From Eimeria praecox (lineage: Eukaryota), in NCBI GenBank assembly GCA_963920595.1, contig OY986950.1, positions 5,022,001-5,086,000 on the forward strand: a stretch of DNA of 64,000 nt, given 5' to 3'. A program made the translations under genes and the position numbers. Below are positions 26,370-40,384 of this stretch, piece after piece; the stretch's first letter is position 1, and each line of letters begins with the position of its first letter. A model generated the notes under the pieces. That model ran no database searches, was not told where the DNA came from, and saw nothing but the letters and a program-made list of their open reading frames with translations.

Positions 26370-29300
26370 GTCCGACGCCTGCTAGTGAAGCGTGCATAGA
26401 GCCTGCGCCAGGCATTAGAATCTGTTTACATACTTCTATGGGCATCCAGGCGGTGTGTGACCAGCCGTTCAAATACGGTTGCGTGATTAAGCGGGCAACA
26501 CATTGCTTCCAAACGGAGGAGTGGCAGATTTGCTTGCTTCCGCGTTGGTTATGCCGCTAGTACTCTGAAATGCACCACCGCCACACGTGGGATGACTCCG
26601 TGCTACATAGCGTACGGCGCTGCCACCTTTGAAAAAGTCAAGTACAATAGTAGCGAGTTGGCAGCATTAGACACGTTGAGTATATGCAGTAGGCATGGCA
26701 TGAATCAGAAGGATCTGATTCCCGCTTTCCGGTGGCAGCTAGCCTGTGTCGGCTTGAGAAGCTTATATGGATGCTCTTTATCGGGTGATTATGCAATGGT
26801 TGTTTGGGGGGCATTCGATGCCGCCTGCGGAGTGGCGTCGAGTTTGCTAGGCAAGGCGGCAAGCGCCTATATGCTTTCCCCAACAGTGCGTGTGCATGGA
26901 TACGCGTGTCTGCGTTTGTTGTTGTATATGCCCAAAGAAGGTGCAGGGTTCTCTATGCGCGCCATTCCTCTTCTCTGAAATCCCCGGAACAAACGGCAAT
27001 TCCTTCCCACCACAGCGATTTGCTTGGCTGTTGACTTGTTTACCGCAGAGAGTGCGGGCCACGCTTGGGCAAGGAACAAGTGTCAAGAGCTCGAGCATGC
27101 CTTCTCTCTGTATCTGGCATGCACAACTTGCACTGAGCAGTCGCCAGCCTTGCTGAGGTTAAACGGCGTCCAGGAGGTAGGCTGACGTCTTGTAAATACG
27201 TGGCTATATTGAGGGGGCAGTTAGCACATTCATACGTACCGTATCTGCTAGCTGTTGTGCCTTTCGACTCAGCTGTGATGACGGCTAATGGGAGATCTAG
27301 TAATCTTGCTTGACAACTGTAGTGCATGGCGTAAGCGAAAGTTCGAGAGTGCAGCTTCTCAGAGGCAGCTGACAGTGGTGGCTTTCTCCTTCTCCAGCCA
27401 GTTGCCTAAGCGCACCCTACTTGCATTCCAATATTTGGGACAATCTATCCTTAGCAAGCAAGCGCACAGTGCATGCGCAAGCTGCCACTGGTTATTATTG
27501 CAGCTTAGCTGATTATGTTAATTTGTTGGCTGGCCATACAGCAGGTTGTTGGTGGTCGGTTGCGGTGTTTGTAGCGGAGACAGGCCTGCAACCATTTTAC
27601 CTAAGCAGTTGCTGCGACGCTGCAGGCCGTGCGTCACTGCTCAACAGCATGGATGCGTTAGAGAGTGCACTTAAGCCGCTGGCGAGGAAGGGCTGTTCGC
27701 CCAACGTGATCAGTGGCCTTGCGGGAGGAGCGTTTCACACAGGGATATGCATGGTAGATTGCGCCGTGCGGTATCGGTGTGGATAGTCGGGATCGTGCAG
27801 GTTGAATTACTGAGCTCACGATTGGCATTTCTCCAGTAGAAACCAGTTTTCAATATCCCTTCCTTGCAACAGCAAGCCCAGACCAGTTGGTTCGCTTGTC
27901 AAAACAGAGCAGCAGCCCTAACAAATCCCGCGAAGAGGAGTGAAGCTAAGACGCAGTGATTGTAGTCGCCAATTCGCATGTAGAATGCAGCGCATCTAGA
28001 AACTATGGGGTGCCATGTAGCTTAACTTGGTTTTTCAGCGCATTCCGACTGGGCGTGCAGCCCAAACGGTAGCATTTAGCATCTGCATGCTCAGCCAGAC
28101 GCGCAGTCGTGATGGTTTGCTTTGCCGTCTGGTAGTTGCTGGCACCAGAGCGTAGCAAGCACTGCAAAATACGGCTTCGCTGCACATCTCGTTAGCGCAC
28201 GCCTTGGCAGTTGGCGTCTGCCTTCCCTAGCAGCTGCTCAGCCTCAACGCAAAGCAGGGTGGCAACGCCCGCTTCATTCCTGAGTTGGTTTCGTTTGCTT
28301 GCATCTTCATGGAGCTCGTTGGTGGGTTCCGCAGGAAGCAGCCAATCCCTTCGCACCCTAGCGCTGTAGCAAGCCTTGAAGTAGGTAGGGTGCCTGTGGT
28401 TCACGCTTGCGTTTGCTGTTTGGGCTGAGTTGGGCTAGCGCATATTTGTGTATACGTGAGTGTGTAGAGAGGCCTGAGACCGGAAGCATGTGCTCCGTGC
28501 TGGACATTCTGTAGTGCGACGCTTGCTAGTGAAGCGTGCATAGAGCCTGCGCCAGGCATTAGAATCTGTTTACATACTTCTATGGGCATCCAGGCGGTGT
28601 GTGACCAGCCGTTCAAATACGCCTGCGTGATTAATCGGGCAACACATTGCTTCCAAACGGAGGAGTGGCAGATTTGCTTGCTTCCGCGTTGGTTATGCCG
28701 CTAGTACTCTGAAATGCACCACCGCCAAACGTGAGATGGCTCCGTGCTACATAGCGTACGGAGCTGCCACCTTTGGAAAAGTCAAGTACAATAGTAGCGA
28801 GTTGGCAGCATTAGACACGTTAAGTATATGCAGTAGGCATGGCATGAATCAGAAGGATCTGATTCCCGCTTTCCGGTGGCAGCTAGCCTGTGTCGGCTTG
28901 AGAAGCTTATATGGATGCTCTTTATCGGGTGATTATGCAATGGTTGTTTGGGGGGCATTCGATGCCGCCTGCGGAGTGGCGTCGAGTTTGCTAGACAAGG
29001 CGGCAAGCGCCTATATGCTTTCCCCAACAGTGCGTGTGCATGGATATGCATGTCTGCGTTTGTTGTTGTATATGCCCAAAGGAGGCGCAGGATCCTGTCT
29101 GCGTAATCTTCAATTCCCTGATATGCATTTAGCAGCTCTGCAGAGATCGCGTACGTCGCGCCTGCCTCCCTGCAATCCACAGGTTACGCGCAACGCCTGC
29201 CAGATTCGTAACCCGCTAGGTGAGCCCTAACGAGTTCCAGAACGTAGGCGGACGTCTTGTAAATACGTGGCTATATTGGGGGGGCAGTTAGCACATTCAT

Positions 29301-32300
29301 ACGTACCGTATCTGCTAGCTGTTGTGCCTTTCGAGTCAGCTGTGACGACGGCTAATGGGAGATCTAGTAATCTTGCTTGACAACTGTAGTGCATGGCGTA
29401 AGCGAAAGTTCGAGAGTGCAGCTTCTCAGAGGCAGCTGACAGTGGTGGCTTTTTCCTTCTCCAGCCAGCGGCCTAAGCGCACCCTACTTGCATTCCAATA
29501 TTTGGGACAATCTATCCTTAGCAAGCAAGCGCACAGTGCATGCGCAAGCTGCCACTGGTTATTATTGCAGCTTAGCTGATTATGTTAATTTGTTGGCTGG
29601 CCATACAGCAGGTTGTTGGTGGTCGGTTGCGGTGTTTGTAGCGGAGACAGGCCTGCAACCATTTTAGCTACGCAGTTGCTGCGACGCTGCAGGCCGTGCG
29701 TCACTGCTCAACAGCATGGATGCGTTAGAGAGTGCACTTAAGCCGCTGGCGAGGAAGGGCTGTGCGCCCAATGTGATCAGTGGCCTTGCGGGAGGAGCGT
29801 TTCACACAGGGATATGCATGGTAGATTGCGCCGTGCGGTATCGGTGTGGATAGTCAGGATCGTGCAGGTTGAATTACTGAGCTCACGATTGGCATTTCTC
29901 CAGTAGAAACCAGTTTTCAATATCCCTTCCTTGCAACAGCAAGCCCAGACCAGTTGGTTCGCTTGTCAAAACAGAGCAGCAGCCCTAACAAATCCCGCGA
30001 AGAGGAGTGAAGCTAAGACGCAGTGATTGTAGTCGCCAATTCGCATGTAGAATGCAGCGCATCTAGAAACTATGGGGTGCCATGTAGCTTAACTTGGTTT
30101 TTCAGCGCATTCCGACTGGGCGTGCAGCCCAAACGGTAGCATTTAGCATCTGCATGCTCAGCCAGACGCGCAATCGTGATGGTTTGCTTTGCCGTCTGGT
30201 AGTTGCTGGCACCAGAGCGTAGCAAGCACTGCAAAATACGGCTTCGCTGCACATCTCGTTAGCGCACGCCTTGGCAGTTGGCGTCTGCCTTCCCTAGCAG
30301 CTGCTCAGCCTCAACGCAAAGCAGGGTGGCAACGCCCGCTTCATTCCTGAGTTGGTTTCGTTTGCTTGCATCTTCATGGAGCTCGTTGGTGGGTTCCGCA
30401 GGAAGCAGCCAATCCCTTCGCACCCTAGCGCTGTAGCAAGCCTTGAAGTAGGTAGGGTGCCTGTGGTTCACGCTTGCGTTTGCTGTTTGGGCTGAGTTGG
30501 GCTAGCGCATATTTGTGTATACGTGAGTGTGTAGAGAGGCCTGAGACCGGAAGCATGTGCTCCCTGCTGGACATTCTGTAGTGCGACGCTTGCTAGTGAA
30601 GCGTGCATAGAGCCTGCGCCAGGCATTAGAATCTGTTTACATACTTCTATGGGCATCCAGGCGGTGTGTGACCAGCCGTTCAAATACGCCTGCGTGATTA
30701 ATCGGGCAACACATTGCTTCCAAACGGAGGAGTGGCAGATTTGCTTGCTTCCGCGTTGGTTATGCCGCTAGTACTCTGAAATGCACCACCGCCACACGTG
30801 GGATGACTCCGTGCTACATAGCGTACGGAGCTGCCACCTTTGAAAACGTCAAGTACAATAGTAGCGAGTTGGCAGCATTAGACACGTTAAGTATATGCAG
30901 TAGGCATGGCATGAATCAGAAGGATCTGATTCCCGCTTTCCGGTGGCAGCTAGCCTGTGTCGGCTTGAGAAGCTTATATGGATGCTCTTTATCGGGTGAT
31001 TATGCAATGGTTGTTTGGGGGGCATTCGATGCCGCCTGCGGAGTGGCGTCGAGTTTGCTAGACAAGGCGGCAAGCGCCTATATGCTTTCCCCAACAGTGC
31101 GTGTGCATGGATACGCGTGTCTGCGTTTGTTGTTGTATATGCCCAAAGAAGGTGCAGGGTTCTCTATGCGCGCCATTCCTCTTCTCTGAAATCCCCGGAA
31201 CAAACGGCAATTCCTTCCCACCATAGCGATTTGTTTGGCTGTTGACTTGTTTACCGCAGAGAGTGCGGGCCACGCTTGGGCAAGGAACAAGTGTCAAGAG
31301 CTCGAGCATGCCTTCTCTCTGTATCTAGCATGCACAGCTTGCACTGAGCAGTCGCCAGCCTTGTTGAGGTTAAACGGCTTCCAGGACGTAGGCTGACGTC
31401 TTGTAAATACGTGGCTATATTGGGGGGGCAGTTAGCACATTCATACGTACCGTATCTGCTAGCTGTTGTGCCTTTCGAGTCAGCTGTGATGACGGCTAAT
31501 GGGAGATCTAGTAATCTTGCCTGACAACTGTAGTGCATGGCGTAAGCGAAAGGTCGAGAGTGCAGCTTCTCAGAGGCAGCTGACAGTGGTGGCTTTCTCC
31601 TTCTCCAGCCAGTTGCCTAAGCGCACCCTACTTGCATTCCAATATTTGGGACAATCTATCCTTAGCAAGCAAGCGCACAGTGCATGCGCAAGCTGCCACT
31701 GGTTATTATTGCAGCTTAGCTGACTATGTTAATTTGTTGGCTGGCCATACAGCAGGCTGTTGGTGGTCGGTTGCGGTGTTTGTAGCGGAGACAGGCCTGC
31801 AACCATTTTACCTAAGCAGTTGCTGCGACGCTGCAGGCCGTGCGTCACTGCTCAACAGCATGGATGCGTTAGAGAGTGCACTTAAGCCGCTGGCGAGGAG
31901 GGGCTGTGCGCCCAATGTGATCAGTGGCCTTGCGGGAAGAGCGTTTCACACAGGGATATGCATGGTAGATTGCGCCGTGCGGTATCGGTGTGGATAGTCA
32001 GGATCGTGCAGGTTGAATTACTGAGCTCACGATTGGCATTTCTCCAGTAGAAACCAGTTTTCAATATCCCTTCCTTGCAACAGCAAGCCCAGACCAGTTG
32101 GTTCGCTTGTCAAAACAGAGCAGCAGCCCTAACAAATCCCGCGAAGAGGAGTGAAGCTAAGACGCAGTGATTGTAGTCGCCAATTCGCATGTAGAATGCA
32201 GCGCATCTAGAAACTATGGGGTGCCATGTAGCTTAACTTGGTTTTTCAGCGCATTCCGACTGGGCGTGCAGCCCAAACGGTAGCATTTAGCATCTGCATG

Positions 32301-35300
32301 CTCAGCCAGACGCGCAGTCGTGATGGTTTGCTTTGCCGTCTGGTAGTTGCTGGCACCAGAGCGTAGCAAGCACTGCAAAATACGGCTTCGCTGCACATCT
32401 CGTTAGCGCACGCCTTGGCAGTTGGCGTCTGCCTTCCCTAGCAGCTGCTCAGCCTCAACGCAAAGCAGGGTGGCAACGCCCGCTTCATTCCTGAGTTGGT
32501 TTCGTTTGCTTGCATCTTCATGGAGCTCGTTGGTGGGTTCCGCAGGAAGCAGCCAATCCCTTCGCACCCTAGCGCTGTAGCAAGCCTTGAAGTAGGTAGG
32601 GTGCCTGTGGTTCACGCTTGCGTTTGCTGTTTGGGCTGAGTTGGGCTAGCGCATATTTGTGTATACGTGAGTGTGTAGAGAGGCCTGAGACCGGAAGCAT
32701 GTGCTCCCTGCTGGACATTCTGTAGAGCGACGCTTGCTAGTGAAGCGTGCATAAGGCCTGCGCCAGGCATTAGAATCTGTTTACATACTTCTATGGGCAT
32801 CCAGGGGGTATGTGACCAGCAGTTCAAATACGGTTGCGTGATTAATCGGGCAACACATTGCTTCCAAACGGAGGAGTGGCAGATTTGCTTGCTTCCGCGT
32901 TGGTTATGCCGCTAGTACTCTGAAATGCACCACCGCCAAACGTGAGATGGCTCCGTGCTACATAGCGTACGGAGCTGCCACCTTTAAAAAAGTCAAGTAC
33001 AATAGTAGCGAGTTGGCAGCATTAGACACGTTGAGTATATGCAGTAGGCATGGCATGAATCAGAAGGATCTGATTCCCGCTTTCCGGTGGCAGCTAGCCT
33101 GTGTCGGCTTGAGAAGCTTATATGGATGCTCTTTATCGGGTGATTATGCAATGGTTGTTTGGGGGGCATTCGATGCCGCCTGCGGAGTGGCGTCGAGTTT
33201 GCTAGGCAAGGCGGCAAGCGCCTATATGCTTTCCCCAACAGTGCGTGTGCATGGATACGCGTGTCTGCGTTTGTTGTTGTATATGCCCAAAGAAGGTGCA
33301 GGGTTCTCTATGCGCGCCATTCCTCTTCTCTGAAATCCCCGGAACAAACGGCAATTCCTTCCCACCATAGCGATTTGCTTGGCTGTTGACTTGTTTACCG
33401 CAGAGAGTGCGGGCCACGCTTGGGCAAGGAACAAGTGTCAAGAGCTCGAGCATGCCTTCTCTCTGTATCTGGCATGCACAGCTTGCACTGAGCAGTCGCC
33501 AGCCTTGCTGAGGTTAAACGGCGTCCAGGAGGTAGGCTGACGTCTTGTAAATACGTGGCTATATTGAGGGGGCAGTTAGCACATTCATACGTACCGTATC
33601 TGCTAGCTGTTGTGCCTTTCGACTCAGCTGTGATGACGGCTAATGGGAGATCTAGTAATCTTGCTTGACAACTGTAGTGCATGGCGTAAGCGAAAGTTCG
33701 AGAGTGCAGCTTCTCAGAGGCAGCTGACAGTGGTGGCTTTCTCCTTCTCCAGCCAGTTGCCTAAGCGCACCCTACTTGCATTCCAATATTTGGGACAATC
33801 TATCCTTAGCAAGCAAGCGCACAGCGCATGCGCAAGCTGCCACCGGTTATTATTGCAGCTTAGCTGATTATGTTAATTTGTTGGCTGGCCATACAGCAGG
33901 TTGTTGGTGGTCGGTTGCGGTGTTTGTAGCGGAGACAGGCCTGCAACCATTTTAGCTACGCAGTTGCTGCGACGCTGCAGGCCGTGCGTCACTGCTCAAC
34001 AGCATGGATGCGTTAGAGAGTGCACTTAAGCCGCTGGCGAGGAAGGGCTGTGCGCCCAATGTGATCAGTGGCCTTGCGGGAGGAGCGTTTCACACAGGGA
34101 TATGCATGGTAGATTGCGCCGTGCGGTATCGGTGTGGATAGTCAGGATCGTGCAGGTTGAATTACTGAGCTCACGATTGGCATTTCTCCAGTAGAAACCA
34201 GTTTTCAATATCCCTTCCTTGCAACAGCAAGCCCAGACCAGTTGGTTCGCTTGTCAAAACAGAGCAGCAGCCCTAACAAATCTCGCGAAGAGGAGTGAAG
34301 CTAAGACGCAGTGATTGTAGTCGCCAATTCGCATGTAGAATGCAGCGCATCTAGAAACTATGGGGTGCCATGTAGCTTAACTTGGTTTTTCAGCGCATTC
34401 CGACTGGGCGTGCAGCCCAAACGGTAGCATTTAGCATCTGCATGCTCAGCCAGACGCGCAGTCGTGATGGTTTGCTTTGCCGTCTGGTAGTTGCTGGCAC
34501 CAGAACGTAGCAAGCACTGCAAAATACGGCTTCGCTGCACATCTCGTTGGCGCACGCCTTGGCAGTTGGCGTCTGCCTTCCCTAGCAGCTGCTCAGCCTC
34601 AACGCAAAGCAGGGTGGCAACGCCCGCTTCATTCCTGAGTTGGTTTCGTTTGCTTGCATCTTCATGGAGCTCGTTGGTAGGTTCCGCAGGAAGCAGCCAA
34701 TCCCTTCGCACCCTAGCGCTGTAGCAAGCCTTGAAGTAGGTAGGGTGCCTGTGGTTCACGCTTGCGTTTGCTGTTTGGGCTGAGTTGGGCTAGCGCATAT
34801 TTGTGTATACGTGAGTGTGTAGAGAGGCCTGAGACCGGAAGCATGTGCTCCGTGCTGGACATTCTGTAGTGCGACGCTTGCTAGTGAAGCGTGCATAGAG
34901 CCTGCGCCAGGCATTAGAATCTGTTTACATACTTCTATGGGCATCCAGGGGGTATGTGACCAGCAGTTCAAATACGGTTGCGTGATTAATCGGGCAACAC
35001 ATTGCTTCCAAACGGAGGAGTGGCAGATTTGCTTGCTTCCGCGTTGGTTATGCCGCTAGTACTCTGAAATGCACCACCGCCACACGTGAGATGGCTCCGT
35101 GCTACATAGCGTACGGCGCTGCCACATTTGAAAAGGCCAAGTACAATAGTAGCGAGTTGGCAGCATTAGACACGTTAAGTATATGCAGTAGGCATGGCAT
35201 GAATCAGAAGGATCTGATTCCCGCTTTCCGGTGGCAGCTAGCCTGTGTCGGCTTGAGAAGCTTATATGGATGCTCTTTATCGGGTGATTATGCAGTGATT

Positions 35301-37643
35301 GTTTGGGGGGCATTCGATGCCGCTTGGGGAGTGGCGTCGAGTTTGCTAGACAAGGCGGCAAGCGCCTATATGCTTTCCCCAACAGTGCGTGTGCATGGAT
35401 ATGCGTGTCTGCGTTTGTTGTTGTATATGCCCAAAGAAGGTGCAGGGTTCTCTATGCGCGCCATTCCTCTTCTCTGAAATTCCCGGAACAAACGGCAATT
35501 CCTTCCCACCATAGCGATTTGCTTGGCTGTTGACTTGTTTACCGCAGAGAGTGCGGGCCACGCATGGGCAAGGAACAAGTGTCAAGAGCTCGAGCATGCC
35601 TTCTCTCTGTATCTGGCATGCACAGCTTGCACTGAGCAGTCGCCAGCCTTGTTGAGGTTAAACGGCTTCCAGGAGGTAGGCTGACGTCTTGTAAATACGT
35701 GGCTATATTGGGGGGGCAGTTAGCACATTCATACGTACCGTATCTGCTAGCTGTTGTGCCTTTCGAGTCAGCTGTGACGACGGCTAATGGGAGATCTAGT
35801 AATCTTGCTTGACAACTGTAGTGCATGGCGTAAGCGAAAGTTCGAGAGTGCAGCTTCTCAGAGGCAGCTGACAGTGGTGGCTTTCTCCTTCTCCAGCCAG
35901 CGGCCTAAGCGCACCCTACTTGCATTCCAATATTTGGGACAATCTATCCTTAGCAAGCAAGCGCACAGTGCATGCGCAAGCTGCCACTGGTTATTATTGC
36001 AGCTTAGCTGATTATGTTAATTTGTTGGCTGGCCATACAGCAGGTTGTTGGTGGTCGGTTGCGGTGTTTGTAGCGGAGACAGGCCTGCAACCATTTTAGC
36101 TACGCAGTTGCTGCGACGCTGCAGGCCGTGCGTCACTGCTCAACAGCATGGATGCGTTAGAGAGTGCACTTAAGCCGCTGGCGAGGAAGGGCTGTGCGCC
36201 CAATGTGATCAGTGGCCTTGCGGGAGGAGCGTTTCACACAGGGATATGCATGGTAGATTGCGCCGTGCGGTATCGGTGTGGATAGTCAGGATCGTGCAGG
36301 TTGAATTACTGAGCTCACGATTGGCATTTCTCCAGTAGAAACCAGTTTTCAATATCCCTTCCTTGCAACAGCAAGCCCAGACCAGTTGGTTCGCTTGTCA
36401 AAACAGAGCAGCAGCCCTAACAAATCCCGCGAAGAGGAGTGAAGCTAAGACGCAGTGATTGTAGTCGCCAATTCGCATGTAGAATGCAGCGCATCTAGAA
36501 ACTATGGGGTGCCATGTAGCTTAACTTGGTTTTTCAGCGCATTCCGACTGGGCGTGCAGCCCAAACGGTAGCATTTAGCATCTGCATGCTCAGCCAGACG
36601 CGCAGTCGTGATGGTTTGCTTTGCCGTCTGGTAGTTGCTGGCACCAGAGCGTAGCAAGCACTGCAAAATACGGCTTCGCTGCACATCTCGTTGGCGCACG
36701 CCTTGGCAGTTGGCGTCTGCCTTCCCTAGCAGCTGCTCAGCCTCAACGCAAAGCAGGGTGGCAACGCCCGCTTCATTCCTGAGTTGGTTTCGTTTGCTTG
36801 CATCTTCATGGAGCTCGTTGGTGGGTTCCGCAGGAAGCAGCCAATCCCTTCGCACCCTAGCGCTGTAGCAAGCCTTGAAGTAGGTAGGGTGCCTGTGGTT
36901 CACGCTTGCGTTTGCTGTTTGGGCTGAGTTGGGCTAGCGCATATTTGTGTATACGTGAGTGTGTAGAGAGGCCTGAGACCGGAAGCATGTGCTCCGTGCT
37001 GGACATTCTGTAGTGCGACGCTTGCTGGTGAAGCGTGCATAGAGCCTGCGCCAGGCATTAGAATCTGTTTACATACTTCTATGGGCATCCAGGCGGTGTG
37101 TGACCAGCAGTTCAAATACGGTTGCGTGATTAATCGGGCAACACGTTGCTTCCAAACGGAGGAGTGGCAGATTTGCTTGCTTCCGCGTTGGTTATGCCGC
37201 TAGTACTCTGAAATGCACCACCGCCAAACGTGAGATGGCTCCGTGCTACATAGCGTACGGAGCTGCCACCTTTGAAAAAGTCAAGTACAATAGTAGCGAG
37301 TTGGCAGCATTAGACACGTTGAGTATATGCAGTAGGCATGGCATGAATCAGAAGGATCTGATTCCCGCTTTCCGGTGGCAGCTAGCCTGTGTCGGCTTGA
37401 GAAGCTTATATGGATGCTCTTTATCGGGTGATTATGCAGTGATTGTTTGGGGGGCATTCGATGCCGCTTGCGGAGTGGCGTCGAGTTTGCTAGGCAAGGC
37501 GGCAAGCGCCTATATGCTTTCCCCAACAGTGCGTGTGCATGGATATGCGTGTCTGCGTTTGTTGTTGTATATGCCCAAAGAAGGTGCAGGGTTCTCTATG
37601 CGCGCCATTCCTCTTCTCTGAAATCCCCGGAACAAACGGCAAT
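26370..37643 (+). repeat. 2144-bp near-identical tandem array, ~5.3 copies (second period is 2067 bp)
   Basis: Seen: homologous ORF starts at 26592, 28736, 30803, 32947, 35091 and 37235. Identity ends abruptly after aacaaacggcaat at 37643. Confidence 0.98.
26592..26978 (+). pseudogene. Longest open remnant (128 codons) of a putative decayed coding sequence in the 2144-bp unit; product unknown
   Basis: Seen: this frame is open in all six copies, and its motifs AYG-x6-VKY, HGM and ACVGL recur in remote paralogs with synonymous codon changes. The minus-strand frame sharing the same third codon positions has 4 stops over this span. Pseudogene status is inference. Confidence 0.45.
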
Positions 37644-40384
37644 GGAATTATGTAGTGTTGAACGTTTTCTGGAAATGCTCTCGAGTTTGCCAAATGTGTC
37701 TCTGCCTTGGGGAAGGATTGGCTACACTATTTTGTCCAAGGCGTTTTCGCTTCGTGCACAGGAGTCCTGCGGAGGCTTCGAGCCTTTTGTTTCACAGAGC
37801 GCGTGTTGCTGCAGAGGGTGCGTTCGTATCCCTAAGCAGCCACATTTCCGATTGTAATAATCGGAAATCCCCAAGCGCGTTGGCAGTATGTAGTGCTCGG
37901 TGTGGCCCGTGTGAGTGTCAATCGGCCAGCTGGTGCTACAAAGCCTTTATCTGCAATGTTATAATCATTGGCCTGTGCCGTATCATTCGATGCAGTGTTT
38001 TATGAGGCTGAACAAAGAGGGTGAGAATCGTTCAATCACGAAAGTGACAGTGCCAACGCGCGTTGCCATGTTGTACGCCATATACCACGGCCAGTGAGCA
38101 CTTTGCTGTTACCCAGCCGCGAAACGCACATTCGACTGTTTTGGTGACAGAGGGCATGTCCCCTGCTGTTTTAGCGGTTTGTTCCGTTCGCCACTATTAT
38201 TGTGTCAAGACCTACTAAGGCATGTGAAATTCGCACCATCCACACAACTCCAGCTGGGAGCTGTCAATTGCAGAGATCCATTGGAGTCATTACCACTTCA
38301 TTGGATGTCTTCGCCTTTCAGCATTTGTGCCGAGCTGTATAACCGTCAATTCTAGATGCGCCTTCCTGCTTTTAGGCGTCGGGACGTTTGTATGTGTACA
38401 GCAATGCATGCTGGTTCGGGCCACCTATTGCACTGCATACTGTGTGGAATTGCGTGGCAGCCAAAGCGTGGTGACCACGATCAGCGGAACGGTGAACAGC
38501 TCATGAATAGTGCTATTCTCCGCCTTTATTGCTTTAATCGCTGTTTATGGCCAGAGAGTGAGCAGACAGTTGAAATTCTGCGCTGTAAAGCAGTTCATAC
38601 AGGATGCCTATGGCATGCAAAACAGACTCCCACACAGGCTACGCAGTATATTTTACTGACTCTGTGCTCCTGCAGCGCGTGCGTCAGTATCCCGTAGCAA
38701 TAACAATGCCGCTGCAATCGGACATTCACAAGGATGCTGGCGGAATACGGTTTACGCATATTAAAATGAGTGCTACGAGCGTCCTGTGTGTTGACAACTT
38801 CTACGGGTAACCTGGCAGCAGGTTTTTTGCCTTGCGTCAACGCTTGTCCGTTAAATGCAACTGCAGCGCATTCTGGCCTATTTTCTATAGGAAAGCGTGC
38901 GTACAGTGCTTTGTGACACAATGTTAAATGCGCCGTACGAAGGTTGTGAGCAACTCTCGCTCAGAGGGCACTACTGTGCGGAGTTTGTACACAGTCTCAA
39001 AAGTATCATATATACTGTACTGTTTGCGAACTTTCATATCCGGATATTCTGCACTTCTTTGAGGCCTTCACTTGTGCTAGCGTGGGCCCTTTGCTAACTT
39101 CATTGACTGAAGCTTGATCTCACCTTGCCAGATTATATCAGCGCTCCTGGCAACTGCAAGGTATAAAAGCCTACTCTCTTCACCCGCACTGGGCCTGTTG
39201 AAACTTTGCCATTGCGCTTAATAAAAGCACTGCTGAGCATTTGCAGCGTAGCGTCAAGCCGGCCAATACTCATGCGGCCTTGACGTTTCGGCACGTTTGT
39301 GTGCGCACGTTAAGGTCTGCTGGATATGCGGAACAGACCGATTGTATTAGCTACTCTGTGAAGCTACATGACAATCGAAACGTCTTAACCACGATCAGGA
39401 CGTCGTTTAGCAACGGAAGAATAGTGCATCCTGTGTATAGTGCATCCTGTGGCAATTGTTGTGGTGCTCACTTCTTGGTGCAGAACGTGCGTGGATATTC
39501 AGCGTTATGAAGCATTGGAAACCAGCTTGCATACGAGGCTAAAACACTGGTTTCTTCCGTAGGTTCAGCATATAGTATACCTTGTGTGGTTTAATGCGTG
39601 TGGACGCAAACATGCTTTTACTCCGTCTTGTGTCAGCTTGTTCCCGGCTTGTGGAATGTATATGGGGTTATCGGCTATTTGACGGCGTTAGAGGTTGGGA
39701 AGTCGATTTCAAGAATCCGCAGTATATATTCTATAAAGGGAGCGAAAAGATAGCTATTGTTTTTTGAACCGAAAGGGCTCTCGATCAAGAGCTTTGCCCT
39801 TCATAAAGGCCTTCGTATCAGCAAAATGGTGCTCTGAGGATAAATTGCCAGTGACGTTCTGAATACTTACCCCTTCGATTCTATTACCATCAGTCTAGCG
39901 TCAGTGCATTTATCTTGATTGTGCGCTACCAGGAGAGGCTAAGACAAAGGCGAGAGTAGCTAAGTACTGTATGAACAAGAAGCCCCGCATTATGATGACT
40001 GGCGAGCTACTTTGTAATATAAGTTGCAACATATTGGAGTTTCCACCTGAAGGCTTCCTGGCATGCTTCTCACGCGTTTTGTGCTGTCTACTTTTGATGC
40101 CCGCAGAACCCGCCATAAATCATGCCCTCTTGTGTAGCCGTATTTTAGAGGTCAGAAATTATTTCATGTGTAAAACCGGACGCTTCTTGAGCGTATATCC
40201 GCACGATTGTTTACTTGTAAGCATACACTTCTGGCGGCTGCACAATGTGGTCGATTTGATCATTATCAGCAATTCTCATGCTTTCGAAACTGCGAACCTC
40301 GATGTTAAGCTTGCCAAGGCACCTGATGCATTATGCATTTTACTGCCTTTACTAGCTTGTTCCCTTCGCACCGAGTCAAAATGC

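Noticed and set aside
26976..27225. Stop-codon reassignment (TGA aligning to TGG, TAG to CAG/GAG in paralogs)
   Set aside because: All three stop types and frameshifts interrupt the homologous frames, and some stops are polymorphic among near-identical copies. Ordinary pseudogene decay explains this.
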